From positions 24,833 through 88,832 of the forward strand of contig CAVOMT010000003.1 of assembly GCA_963697115.1 (NCBI GenBank): 64,000 bases of DNA, read 5' to 3'. This stretch comes from an uncultured Solirubrobacterales bacterium (GTDB lineage: Bacteria; Actinomycetota; Thermoleophilia; Solirubrobacterales; Solirubrobacteraceae). Positions 20,205 through 30,099 of the stretch are shown here, piece by piece; within the stretch, counting starts at the first letter, position 1, and every line of letters begins with the position of its first letter. A program made the translations under genes and the position numbers. The notes beneath the pieces are model-generated. The model made no database searches. It saw only the letters and a list, made by a program, of their open reading frames with translations, and was not told where the DNA came from.

Positions 20205-22453
20205 CTCGCCTTCGCTCCATGACTCGATTTGACGGTGGAGTGGCCTGATCTCTTGGTCTTGGCGCGCTTCTTCGCCGCCACCCTCACTTTGACCCGGCGC
20301 AACGAGATCGCCAACGTCTGCTCGAGCGGGGGACCGCCGGCCCCGGCGAACGCAACGCGCACGTTCGTGTAGATGCCGGCTGCCGAGCCCAGCAGACCCG
20401 CATACGTCGGTGAGACCTTCAGAGGCAGTTCGAGCAGCTCCGGGAGCGCGCCGGACATCTGCGCGTGCGCGACCGTGCGGTGCTCGAGCACGCTGCGCTT
20501 CGCTCGTCGATGTCCGCTCGCGCGAGCTGACGCCTTCACGGCCCGGTTGCGCGCTCGCCCGCCGGTGCGCGTCGAATGCGCGGCGACGACGACGGGCACT
20601 GTGGCAGCGGCCGTAGCCTCCACGCGGCCGGCTCCGGGGATGGCAACGTCAAGCGTGGCCGTTCCATTCGCGTGCGTCACCGCCACCACGCTCAACCGCC
20701 ACTGCGGGCGCGAGGGTTCCTGCGAGCCGGGCGCCGGGCCGATCAGCACCGGCCCCGGCGAGGTCGGGACCTGAGTGCTCTTCACCGTGAACACGTCGTC
20801 GGCTTCGTTGGCGTCGCCGGAGACGAGGTTCGAGGCGCTGTCGGCGAACGCCAAGATGCTTCCTTCCCGCATATACGAAGGCGCCGCGGCGCCTTTTTCG
20901 GTGACAGTGCCGCTCCCCGAGATGAGCGAGGGGCCTCCGTCGGGGCCGTGGGTGACGCGCACGAGCGCTTCCGAGTCGCGGTCGATTTCGTAGAGCTCGA
21001 CCAGGCCGAGTGTCGCGAGCGGCGTTTCGGCGAAGAACGGCGGTGCAAGCGGGAACTGCTCGCGCTGGGTGGTGAACGCGATGTGCTCGCCGTCGGGAGA
21101 TATCGCGATGTCGTAGATCTCACCCGCCGTGGGCGTGTAGATGCTGTCGGAGCCGGGGTTGAACTTGAAGGGGACCGGCACCTCGCGGGTCAACTGGCGC
21201 AGCGCCTGCGTACGCGACAATCCTTCGTGCATGTCCGCCACGAACACGTTGGAGGTGCTGAACGGCGGGTCGCCGAGCAGCGCGACCGTCCAGCCGTCGG
21301 CGCTCAGCTGCGGTGTGGCGTCGTAGGTGTTGATCGTCACCCAGCCCAGGTGATCTTCTAGTCCGCCTCGTTTCTCGGAGGCCAGTTCTGGCAACGGACC
21401 CCGGCAGGCCGCAATCGCGAGCGTCCCGTCGGGCGGGCAGCCGGGCGCGAGCGGGTCGCCGCCACCGACCATCCGACGTGTTGGTGCGCGCGGGCCGTCG
21501 ACGATCCGCCGCCACAACGGCTCGTCATAGGATTCGTCCACGGAGCTGGGTTCGTCGTCGCGTTCGATCTGGGCGCGCTCGTCGCTCAGGAGCGGAACCT
21601 GCGCGGGGATGTTCACTCCGAGCCACGCCACGGTTGAGCCGTCGGCGCTGAGCGCGGCCCCGGAGGCGACGGCGCCGCCGGCGACCGGGCGCTCTGTCAT
21701 CTGGCCGCTGCCCGCTTCCCGTTCGACGCTCACCAGTATCGTTTCGTGGCTGTCGAGGTTGCGCACGGCGACCTGTCCGCCGGGGGTGGGCGTCCCCGGG
21801 GTGCTGCCGCCTGGTTCGCTCGTCAGGTTCGAGGCGCCGCCGATCGTAAACGCGACCTTGCGCCCATCGGCGCTGAGCGCAACGCGACCGGCGGCTGATG
21901 CCCCTTCGCTCGAGTAGGTAAGCCCTTCGGTGCTCGCGCCCGGGGTGCTCAGCGCCGAGGCCAGTTCGAAGGGGCAGCGTCCGGTCGCTTCCGTTTCCGG
22001 TGTGCAGGCGGCTCCGTCTGAAGCGACGTCCATGTCGCGCACGTAAACGTTGCGGCCGGGCTTCGCCGCCTTCACCAGCGCGACCGCGCTGGTGAAGCTG
22101 ACATAACGCCCATCGGCGGAAATCGACGGCGCAGAGGCTTCCCTGGGCGCGGTCGGCGTCTTGACATAAGTCGATCCGCCGGCGACCAACTGCAGCTGGC
22201 CGGTCTGCAGGTCCTTGCGGAAGATCCCCTCGACACCGTCGAGGGCGCCCTGCATCACCAGGTAGCGCCCGTCGGCGGAGATCGCCGGTGCGCTCGCCGA
22301 TTCGAACTGGTCCAGCGGACCCACCGACTGCAGTTCGATCGGTCCGAAGTCGGCGTGCGCGGAGGCTGCGGACAGGGCGCCCAGCACAACTACGAGCGCC
22401 AGCGCGAGCAGGCCCGCGAGCGATCGCCCGATGATCTCGCCGGGCGCCCTCAT
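20201..22453 (-). CDS. Secreted TolB/WD40-like (PD40) propeller protein, copy A
   Basis: Repeated ISADGRYV, LSADGRKVAF and ISPDGEHIAF; SNLVSGDAN..DVF; basic tail. Confidence 0.85.
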   Translation of the reverse strand: MRAPGEIIGRSLAGLLALALVVVLGALSAASAHADFGPIELQSVGPLDQFESASAPAISADGRYLVMQGALDGVEGIFRKDLQTGQLQLVAGGSTYVKTPTAPREASAPSISADGRYVSFTSAVALVKAAKPGRNVYVRDMDVASDGAACTPETEATGRCPFELASALSTPGASTEGLTYSSEGASAAGRVALSADGRKVAFTIGGASNLTSEPGGSTPGTPTPGGQVAVRNLDSHETILVSVEREAGSGQMTERPVAGGAVASGAALSADGSTVAWLGVNIPAQVPLLSDERAQIERDDEPSSVDESYDEPLWRRIVDGPRAPTRRMVGGGDPLAPGCPPDGTLAIAACRGPLPELASEKRGGLEDHLGWVTINTYDATPQLSADGWTVALLGDPPFSTSNVFVADMHEGLSRTQALRQLTREVPVPFKFNPGSDSIYTPTAGEIYDIAISPDGEHIAFTTQREQFPLAPPFFAETPLATLGLVELYEIDRDSEALVRVTHGPDGGPSLISGSGTVTEKGAAAPSYMREGSILAFADSASNLVSGDANEADDVFTVKSTQVPTSPGPVLIGPAPGSQEPSRPQWRLSVVAVTHANGTATLDVAIPGAGRVEATAAATVPVVVAAHSTRTGGRARNRAVKASARASGHRRAKRSVLEHRTVAHAQMSGALPELLELPLKVSPTYAGLLGSAAGIYTNVRVAFAGAGGPPLEQTLAISLRRVKVRVAAKKRAKTKRSGHSTVKSSHGAKAR

Positions 22454-24510
22454 CGCACATTCACGCGCAGGTGCACGGTCGCTTCGTTTCCGACCCTGTC
22501 GCGCATGTGCACGACGATCACGTAGCGGCCCGCATGGGCGTAGATGTGCGTGACCGCAAGCCTGTCGCGCGAGTGCGCCCCGTCGCCGAAGGAGATGCGG
22601 GTGTAGCTGGCCACGACACCCGACTGGGCGTCTTTGACCCGCACGAGCACCCTGTGACCGCGGCGAGAGCGGACCGTCGCCACTGGTGGGGCGCCGTCGA
22701 CCTTCAGTTCCCCTTCGCTGCTGAGGGTCTGCTGGCCGGATGCATCGGTCGCGAGCACCTGCACGTGGCGCACGCCGCTGCCGAGCACCCGCCGGTCGGG
22801 CAGCACCGAAGTGAGGTGGATTCCCCGCCGGACGATCCTGCCGTCGACGATCAGGCTGTAGCTGACGCCGCCGGTGGCGTCTTCGGCCGGCGCCCAGCTG
22901 ACCTGCGCCTTGGCCGGTTTGATCCAGCCGACCGGGAGTTCCAGGTAGAAGGCCGGCGGCGGCACGCTCACCCGGGCGCCGACGATCTCGTATTCGCCGG
23001 GCTCGCCCTCGCGAAAGCCGACTAGCGACTCGCCCGATTCCGAGCCGCCGACGGCGAGCTGGGAGACCGGACCATCGACCGCGCCGGAGAGCAGGGCGAC
23101 CTGCGCAGCACCACCGGGGAAGTCCTCACGAACAGCCGCCCCCAGTCCCGACGCGCCACTCGCCGGCCACGCCGTTACGCCGCCGCCTTCGGGATTCAAA
23201 GCAGTGACGGCTCCCGCGCCCGTCGCGCTGGCCGCAGGACCCAGTGCGAGCTCCGGCGTCGCACTGGCATGTTCTCCGCCCACAAGCAACTGCGCCGCGC
23301 CCGCGGCCATCGAGGCGATGCGGTAGTCGCCCTGGTCGTCCACCGCGACGGTCGGGACACCGACTTCGCGTGTGGGAAAGTTCGCCAGCGGAGTCGGCCC
23401 GGTGAGCTTCGCGCCCGTGGGAGCGGTGCTGACCGGCAACGTGTTGACGAACAGAGAGGGCGCGCCCGAGCGCGCACCCTGCGTGTTCGCGATGCGGCTG
23501 ACGATCTTCGCCTCACCGAACTCAGAGACGCCCAGCGCGAAGGCGTCGGCGTCTTCGGCGACCGGCTTGCCGGCGTAGGTCGTGGGACTGGCCGGGAGCA
23601 CGAGGCCGAGCGTCGTGCCGAAGACCCTTCGCGCCCAGATGCGCGCAACGCCGCTGGCTTCGGGCTCCTGCCATGCGATCACCGCTTGATTGCCGCGTCC
23701 GAGCGCGACCTGCGGACCGTTGACTTCGCTCGGCGCGCGCATCGAAAGCAACGGATCGCGGTTGACCTGCTCGGGTGAGGACCACAACTCGCCTTCGTAG
23801 CGGGCGAGACGAATGTCCGCCAGTACATCGCCGGGGCGCAGCTGTGGGATCGTGGTGAGTACGTTGGTCGTCTTGAAGTTGTTGGTCACCGCGCGGTAAG
23901 CGACGAGTCCCTGACCGTCGGCGGCCAGCGCAAGCGAGGGATCGACGCCGAGCCCTTCACCGACGTTTGGATCGACGATGAACGGCGCGCCGAACGAGCT
24001 CGCGCCCCCATCCAGAGTGCTCGACTCGAGCGCCCGCTGGATGCGGTTGTTCACGGTGGCGATCTGAGTCACCCACACGACCAGCAGCTGACCGCCGTCG
24101 GCCGCAGCGATACGTGGATAGCCGGCTCCATAGGGGCTGTCCCAGTCCACCCGCACCGGCGCCAGCCAGCGCCCCCCCGCGTACTGGGAGGCGAACACGT
24201 GCGGCACGCCTTCGATCTGCTTGATGTAGACGAGTCCCCCGCTCCCGTCCGCGGACACGGCGACGCCGCCGAATTCGCCGATCGCCGAGCTCGGCCCGTC
24301 GATCGTGCTCGGCGCCTCGATCAGCGCGTGCGCCGGCGCCGTGCGCACCCAGCTGCCGAGCACGAGCAGCAACAGGAGACACGACGCGTAAAGTCGAAAT
24401 GGCAAATCGGGAAGCACACGCACACGGAAGAGTTCGTCGTCCGCGGTCCGGGGGGCCGGGAGATCACGGAGAACTTCGCTCAGGGTGTACCCCGAAACGA
24501 GGACCGTCAA
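22450..24510 (-). CDS. Secreted protein with C-terminal PKD domain, copy A (true start probably downstream of 24510)
   Basis: Signal peptide APAHA; ISFGDG..HIY..GRY PKD motif. Confidence 0.8.
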   Translation of the reverse strand: MTVLVSGYTLSEVLRDLPAPRTADDELFRVRVLPDLPFRLYASCLLLLLVLGSWVRTAPAHALIEAPSTIDGPSSAIGEFGGVAVSADGSGGLVYIKQIEGVPHVFASQYAGGRWLAPVRVDWDSPYGAGYPRIAAADGGQLLVVWVTQIATVNNRIQRALESSTLDGGASSFGAPFIVDPNVGEGLGVDPSLALAADGQGLVAYRAVTNNFKTTNVLTTIPQLRPGDVLADIRLARYEGELWSSPEQVNRDPLLSMRAPSEVNGPQVALGRGNQAVIAWQEPEASGVARIWARRVFGTTLGLVLPASPTTYAGKPVAEDADAFALGVSEFGEAKIVSRIANTQGARSGAPSLFVNTLPVSTAPTGAKLTGPTPLANFPTREVGVPTVAVDDQGDYRIASMAAGAAQLLVGGEHASATPELALGPAASATGAGAVTALNPEGGGVTAWPASGASGLGAAVREDFPGGAAQVALLSGAVDGPVSQLAVGGSESGESLVGFREGEPGEYEIVGARVSVPPPAFYLELPVGWIKPAKAQVSWAPAEDATGGVSYSLIVDGRIVRRGIHLTSVLPDRRVLGSGVRHVQVLATDASGQQTLSSEGELKVDGAPPVATVRSRRGHRVLVRVKDAQSGVVASYTRISFGDGAHSRDRLAVTHIYAHAGRYVIVVHMRDRVGNEATVHLRVNVR

Positions 24511-24515
24511 GGGTC

Positions 24516-24532
24516 GTTTACTAAACGATCAC
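24516..24532. promoter_or_regulatory. PHO-box-like repeat in the divergent promoter of module A
   Basis: GTTTAC 24516 and GATCAC 24527 (11-nt spacing). Confidence 0.55.
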
Positions 24533-24723
24533 ATAATCTTTGCTTTATAAACATTGTCCGCCGGGTCCGCTCCACCCGCAGATGCCGCTTTCGACCGGGG
24601 ATGAGCGCCCACCGAGGTGTGAAGAGTTGACACCAGGAGCGCCGCCGTAGCGAAGAATCCGTCCGTGCAACAGATTCACAACGGGTAACAAAATCACCAC
24701 ACGAGCGCCCTACGCTTCACGTC

Positions 24724-25731
24724 ATGCAAGACGAGTCGAAGTTGGGACGATCGTTGTGGGCGATCTTGCTGACCGTCGTCGTGGCGATCGTGATCTTCAG
24801 CTTCGCCCGCCACCCCCTGTTGGGCGGAGACGGCGAGGCGTCGGGGTTCAGCCGACCGCTGACGCTGTGGGTGGCGGGAGCCGAAGGCAACGGTCAGGCA
24901 CAGGCCACAGCCCGCGAGCTTGCGGGGTGCTGGGAGATGAGCGGACGCCCGGTAACCGTGGGCGTGCTGCCCGGCGGCGCCTCATCCTCGGTTGTCGACT
25001 TCCTCGAGCGTGTCCACGGCACGCCCGACGAGCTTCTGCTGATCACGAGCACGACACTGTCGGACATCGCACGCGATCGCCAGGATCAGCTCTTGCCCGA
25101 ACCGCGTGAACACGCCCAGCGAGCTGTACACCTGCTTGCCGGCGCCGCACCGATCGCCGCGCTGGGCGGGGAAAGGCTCACGCTGGCGGTGCGCGCGGAT
25201 TCGCCGGTGCGCAGCTCCTCCGAGCTGCTGTCCGCGCGCTACGTACAAGCCTCGCCACCGCTGTTCGGGGTCGCCGAGGACACGTGGCTCGAGGGAAATC
25301 TCGCGGCGCTGGTGAACAGCTCTGGGCTGCACGGCGACCTTCCCTACAGCGTGTTCACGTCCTCGCGCAGCGCCGTTCTGAGTCTGGAGGCCGGCGAGGT
25401 TCAGGCGGTGCTGGCGCCCTATGGAGCGATCCACGAGGCTGTGCGAAGCGGCCGGGTGCGCGAACTTCCGTGGCCTCGCGCGAGCGGCAGGACGCCGCGA
25501 ACGTGGTCGGCGATCATGGCGCCGACGGGACTGAGCACAGCGACGATTCATACGCTGCGCGAGCAGACACGCGGACTGTGCGCCGGCCCGGACCGGCGCA
25601 GGCTGCTGCGCAAAGACGGCATCTCGCAGATCGCACCCGCGAGCGTCGGCTTGGCGAGCTTCGTGAGCGACGGCGTTCGCGAAGCCTCCCAGCGACAGGC
25701 GCTGGTCGAGAGGATCATTCGCTCCTACTAA
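24724..25731 (+). CDS. TctC/Bug-like solute-binding protein with N-terminal TM
   Basis: RPLTLWV, PGGAS, LAVRADSP, L.AGEVQ and W.AIMAPTGL match the TctC pattern. Confidence 0.7.
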   Translation: MQDESKLGRSLWAILLTVVVAIVIFSFARHPLLGGDGEASGFSRPLTLWVAGAEGNGQAQATARELAGCWEMSGRPVTVGVLPGGASSSVVDFLERVHGTPDELLLITSTTLSDIARDRQDQLLPEPREHAQRAVHLLAGAAPIAALGGERLTLAVRADSPVRSSSELLSARYVQASPPLFGVAEDTWLEGNLAALVNSSGLHGDLPYSVFTSSRSAVLSLEAGEVQAVLAPYGAIHEAVRSGRVRELPWPRASGRTPRTWSAIMAPTGLSTATIHTLREQTRGLCAGPDRRRLLRKDGISQIAPASVGLASFVSDGVREASQRQALVERIIRSY

Positions 25732-25858
25732 CAACGTCGATGTTACGTCGACGCCGAAAGACGGATACAGCCCGCCCGCGAGCACCCTCTAAACCGAGAC
25801 AACGTTTATTGTTTGGAGCGATGTTCAGAGGTCCACGTCGTGATGTCTGGGGAGATCA

Positions 25859-26404
25859 ATGCCACCAACACCGGACGACTTCACCCGGCTCTACCGGCGC
25901 CACGCACAATCGCTGCTGCTCTATTTCCAGCGCCGCGTACACGAACCCGAACTGGCACGGGATCTACTGGCAGAGACATTCACCTCCGCGATCGCCGGCG
26001 GTATGGGGTTCAGAGGCAGTACAGACGCCGAGCTCTCCGGATGGCTGTGGGGCATCGCCCGCAACGCGTTGGCCGACCAGCGTCGTCGCGACGAAGGAGA
26101 GCACAGACGGCGTCGACGGCTCGGCCGCGCACGCCCTGGCCTCACCGACCGCGAGATCGAGCGCGTCGAGGAGCTCGCGGGGATCGCGGACCTGCGCGAG
26201 GCCGTCTGCCAACACATGGCGCGGCTTCCCGACGAGCAGCGCGAAGCGTTGCGGCTGCGAGTTCTCGAAGACCTCCCCTACAGCGAGATCGCGGCACGCA
26301 TGAGTACGACTCAGAACACGGTGCGCGCGCGGGTTTCGCGCGGGCTGCGCGCACTTAACGTCGCGCTCGAGGACGAGCATCGAGCATGGAGCAGGGATCG
26401 ATGA
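25859..26404 (+). CDS. ECF RNA polymerase sigma factor
   Basis: ARDLLAETF, WLWGIARN (region 2); LPDEQREAL..YSEIA..TVRARVSRG (region 4). Confidence 0.93.
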   Translation: MPPTPDDFTRLYRRHAQSLLLYFQRRVHEPELARDLLAETFTSAIAGGMGFRGSTDAELSGWLWGIARNALADQRRRDEGEHRRRRRLGRARPGLTDREIERVEELAGIADLREAVCQHMARLPDEQREALRLRVLEDLPYSEIAARMSTTQNTVRARVSRGLRALNVALEDEHRAWSRDR

Positions 26405-27294
26405 GCGAGCGCGACGACCCGCTCGACCCATTTGAGCCGCGCGAGCTGGGGGAGCGTGCCTATGACCATGAGCTGCCGTTCCTCGTGGATCTCGAGCGCG
26501 AGGTCCGTCGCGAAGCGCAGCGTGTCGCCGACGCGCGCTCGCGAGCCGGCCGCGAACACGAGCGACGACGGCGCGCCGGCGGGGAGGCGCCGGCGCCCGC
26601 CTCGGGCCCGCGCCGCGTGCGCGGTCACGTCGAGGCTGACCTCGGTAGGACCCCGAGCACGGCATCCACAACCCGCGGCGGCCGGAGCCGGCGAGCGTCC
26701 GCGCGCGTGGCACGGCGTAGCGTGACGCTGGTCGCGTTGCTGTGCCTGATCGCGGCGAGCGCCTACGGCGCCCATCGCGTGCTCTCACCAGGCGCCGGCG
26801 ACGGGCCGAATCCGGCGTATGTGTCCCAGGGAGCATTCGTGCTCGTCGCCCGGAGCGGGGCGGGCGAAGAAAGCTGGTCGCTGCGCCTCTACCGTCGTGG
26901 CGATGAACTGTGTCGGGTGCTTGCGGTCGCGCAGTCGGAGGCCTCGCGCTGCACCCCCGCGCCCGGAGGGCGAACGCTGACGATGACAAGCGTGTCGAGC
27001 CCGCAGACGCGCTACCTGTTCGGCGTCGCCGGCGCGCAGGTGGCCCAGGTATCGGTGCATGCCGGCAAGGCGACTCGCACTGTTCCCACGCGAACTCCAA
27101 ATCTCACTCAGACACGCGCAGGCGAGCTACCCGCACACACCCGTTACTTCGTCGCCGCGCTGACCCGGCCGGCGGGAGCGCCGGATCCGCCGGCGCGCGT
27201 ACTGGGCCTGAACGCGGCGGGGCATCCGGTGGGAGCCGCGCAGATCGATTGCGGTCAGAGCACCGACCCGCGACGCTGTTCCTTGACTCGATAG
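26401..27294 (+). CDS. Single-TM protein, putative anti-sigma factor
   Basis: ATGA overlap with the sigma gene; cytoplasmic N-terminus, TM helix, extracellular domain with Cys pairs. Confidence 0.55.
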   Translation: MSERDDPLDPFEPRELGERAYDHELPFLVDLEREVRREAQRVADARSRAGREHERRRRAGGEAPAPASGPRRVRGHVEADLGRTPSTASTTRGGRSRRASARVARRSVTLVALLCLIAASAYGAHRVLSPGAGDGPNPAYVSQGAFVLVARSGAGEESWSLRLYRRGDELCRVLAVAQSEASRCTPAPGGRTLTMTSVSSPQTRYLFGVAGAQVAQVSVHAGKATRTVPTRTPNLTQTRAGELPAHTRYFVAALTRPAGAPDPPARVLGLNAAGHPVGAAQIDCGQSTDPRRCSLTR

Positions 27295-27380
27295 CAACCC
27301 GAGCTCCGCCCTGTGTTGACATTGTTGTTTTTTAGGCAAATCTCGTCACAAACGACCGGTAAGTCCGTCATACTCCGTTC

Positions 27381-27806
27381 ATGCACGTTGAGAGCATTCG
27401 GGAGGACGAGGCGATCGGCGATTCGATGCTGGAGGAGATCCGTCGCACGGCGACACAGCGCCTGCGTCAGATCGAGCCCCTGATCGAGGAGGCCCATCGC
27501 CTGCGCGAGGTGCTCGAGGCGATCGAGCGCGGCCCGCTGACCGAGGGCTCGCAGCCTCGCTACGAGGGCCTCAAACTGGCCGGCGGCGCCGGTGCCCCAC
27601 GCGCCGCGAAGGGCGCGAACAAGCGCGTGATCCTCGATCTCGTCGGTCAGCGACCGGGGATAACCGTGGCCGAGATCTCAGCCTCCACGGGCGTGAAGCG
27701 GACGGTCGCGGCATCGACCGTCAGTCGCCTGAAGCGCACGGGCGAGCTGCGTGAGCACAAGCAGGGCGGGCTCTGCCTGGCGCGCGAGCTGCAACCCGCG
27801 CGATGA
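27381..27806 (+). CDS. Coiled-coil plus winged-helix DNA-binding protein
   Basis: ILDLVGQRPGITVAEISASTGVKRTVAASTVSRL HTH. Confidence 0.7.
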   Translation: MHVESIREDEAIGDSMLEEIRRTATQRLRQIEPLIEEAHRLREVLEAIERGPLTEGSQPRYEGLKLAGGAGAPRAAKGANKRVILDLVGQRPGITVAEISASTGVKRTVAASTVSRLKRTGELREHKQGGLCLARELQPAR

Positions 27807-27964
27807 GCTCCAGCGCCGGGTAGCGTCGCACTCCCTACACGGTCGCACTCGCCGCACAGAACATCCGCTGCGTAAACAATCGCGAAGACTGTTGAGAGCG
27901 ATCCGGGTTGTTTCTCCGGATGTTCACACGAATGTCGGGCTGGGCGTTGAATGTACCGTCCTTC

Positions 27965-29950
27965 ATGAGCAATCCGCGCTTGGCCTCATCGCAACGCAAG
28001 CACTCCCCCCTGCGACTGGCCGCTCAGCGCGCCGGCGACGTGCTGAGGGGAATCCTGCGCACGCTCGGCAGAGATCCGCTGTCGACCTTTCTGCTGCTCG
28101 CGTCGATCGGGCTTGTGATCGCGTTCTTCGTGCTGCTCGGCTCGCTGCGCCCGGAGGGCAAAGGCCAGCAGGTGGCGTTGACGAACGTCGTCACGCTCGC
28201 CAACTCCCAGCACATCCGCACGGCCGTGCTGCTCGACCACGATCACCAGGTCACCGCGCAGACCGACACCGGCCTTGAAATCTACGCGGACTACCCCTCC
28301 TCGGACGCTGCCACGCTGACGCTTCTGGAAATCCTGCGCAAGGGCGGCGCTCAGGTCTCGATCAACCCTCAGAGCAGCAAGCCGGCGCGCCAGATCGTGG
28401 TGCAGTTCCTGATCCCGATCCTGCTGCTGGTGTGCTTGTTCGCGTTCTTCACCCGCCAGACCGGCGAGGGCTCGGGAGGGATCGCGTCGTTCTCGAACTT
28501 CCGCGGCCAGGGCCGGCGTAAGAAGAAGAACGGCGCCCCGATCACGTTCGCGTCGGTGGCCGGCGCCGATGAGGCGCTCGCGGAGCTGCGCGAGATCAGG
28601 GACTTCCTCGACGACCCGACCCGCTATCTGGAGGCGGGCGCCGCCGCACCCAAGGGCGTGCTGCTGGTCGGTCCGCCCGGCACCGGCAAGACGCTACTCG
28701 CGCGCGCGACCGCGGGCGAGGCCAACGCGGTCTTCTTCTCGGCCTCCGGAGCGGAGTTCGTGGAGTCGCTCGTGGGGGTGGGCGCGGCGCGCATCCGCGA
28801 CCTGTTCGCCAAGGCGCGGCGGATGGCGCCGGCGATCGTGTTCATCGACGAGCTCGACGCCGCCGGGCGAAAGCGCGGCGCGGGCGTCGGCCAGGGCAAC
28901 GACGAGCGCGAGCAGACACTCAACCAGCTGCTGGTCGAGATGGACGGGTTCGGCGGGGATGCGGGCGTGGTCGTGATGGGCGCTACCAACCGTCCTGACA
29001 TCCTCGACCCCGCGTTGCTGCGTCCCGGACGCTTCGACCGCCAGGTCGTAGTCGACAACCCGGACGTGCACGGACGCCTTGAGATCCTTACGCTGCACAG
29101 CCGCGGACGGCAATTCACCCCCGAGGTCGATCTGCTGGAGATCGCGAAGCTGTGCCCCGGGTTCTCGGGCGCGGAGCTCGCTAACGTCGTCAACGAGGCC
29201 GCGCTGCTGACCGTTCGCGAGGGCAACGTCGAGATCGATCAGCACACGCTCAAGGAGGCCATCGACCGCGTCGTTGCGGGGCCCGCCAAGAAGCACGTGC
29301 TGAGCGAGGACGAGTGCTGGACGATCGCCGTGCACGAGGCCAGTCACGCGGTGGCCACGCGCGCGATCGGGCAGGTGGTGAGCGCTCAGAAGCTCTCGAT
29401 CATCGCGCGCGGGCGCCAGCTGGGAACTGCCGCGCACATGCTGACCGATCGCGATGCGGTGATGCACGGGCGCTCGGATCTGGAGCGCCATCTCGTCGCC
29501 ATCCTCGCGGGCACGGCCGGCGAGCTGATCGAGTTCGGCGAGGAGTCCACGGGCGCCAGCGACGACCTGCACGCCGCCACCAAGCTCGCGCGGCGGATGG
29601 TGACGAGCTACGGCATGAGCCACCGCCTCGGACACGTCACGATCGGTGAGGCCGGCGGCGAGGTGTTCCTCGGCGCCTCGCTGCAAGATCTCGGCTCGAT
29701 CGGGCCGGACACCCTGAACATCATCGACTCCGAGGTCGAGCGCATCGTCGAGGAGGCCGAGGTCAGGGCCGAGCACGTGCTGCGCCTCAACTGGGGAACC
29801 GTGCGCGAGACCGCCGGTGCGCTGGTCGAGCACGAGACGCTCTCGGGGGTGGCGCTCGACGCGGTGCTCTCCACAGTGCAGCCGATCGACCTCGCGGCGA
29901 TCCCGTTGCCCGAGCGCGACATCGACGCGCGCCGGCGCGGCTTGGGCTGA
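27965..29950 (+). CDS. ftsH: FtsH-family AAA+ zinc metalloprotease, copy A (atypical paralog)
   Basis: 2 [46 protein letters not shown]. Confidence 0.92.
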   Translation: MSNPRLASSQRKHSPLRLAAQRAGDVLRGILRTLGRDPLSTFLLLASIGLVIAFFVLLGSLRPEGKGQQVALTNVVTLANSQHIRTAVLLDHDHQVTAQTDTGLEIYADYPSSDAATLTLLEILRKGGAQVSINPQSSKPARQIVVQFLIPILLLVCLFAFFTRQTGEGSGGIASFSNFRGQGRRKKKNGAPITFASVAGADEALAELREIRDFLDDPTRYLEAGAAAPKGVLLVGPPGTGKTLLARATAGEANAVFFSASGAEFVESLVGVGAARIRDLFAKARRMAPAIVFIDELDAAGRKRGAGVGQGNDEREQTLNQLLVEMDGFGGDAGVVVMGATNRPDILDPALLRPGRFDRQVVVDNPDVHGRLEILTLHSRGRQFTPEVDLLEIAKLCPGFSGAELANVVNEAALLTVREGNVEIDQHTLKEAIDRVVAGPAKKHVLSEDECWTIAVHEASHAVATRAIGQVVSAQKLSIIARGRQLGTAAHMLTDRDAVMHGRSDLERHLVAILAGTAGELIEFGEESTGASDDLHAATKLARRMVTSYGMSHRLGHVTIGEAGGEVFLGASLQDLGSIGPDTLNIIDSEVERIVEEAEVRAEHVLRLNWGTVRETAGALVEHETLSGVALDAVLSTVQPIDLAAIPLPERDIDARRRGLG

Positions 29951-30099
29951 GCGCTAGGTCCTGAGCGCGAGGTGACAGGCGCGGGTTGCGGGGGCCGAGA
30001 CTCGGGCGTCGCCCAGGTTGGGTCGATGTGTCCGCGGCCGTGCGCGTACGTGCGATGGAGCGCTTTCAACAGCGATCCTGCTGAACGGACAGGCGCGCG

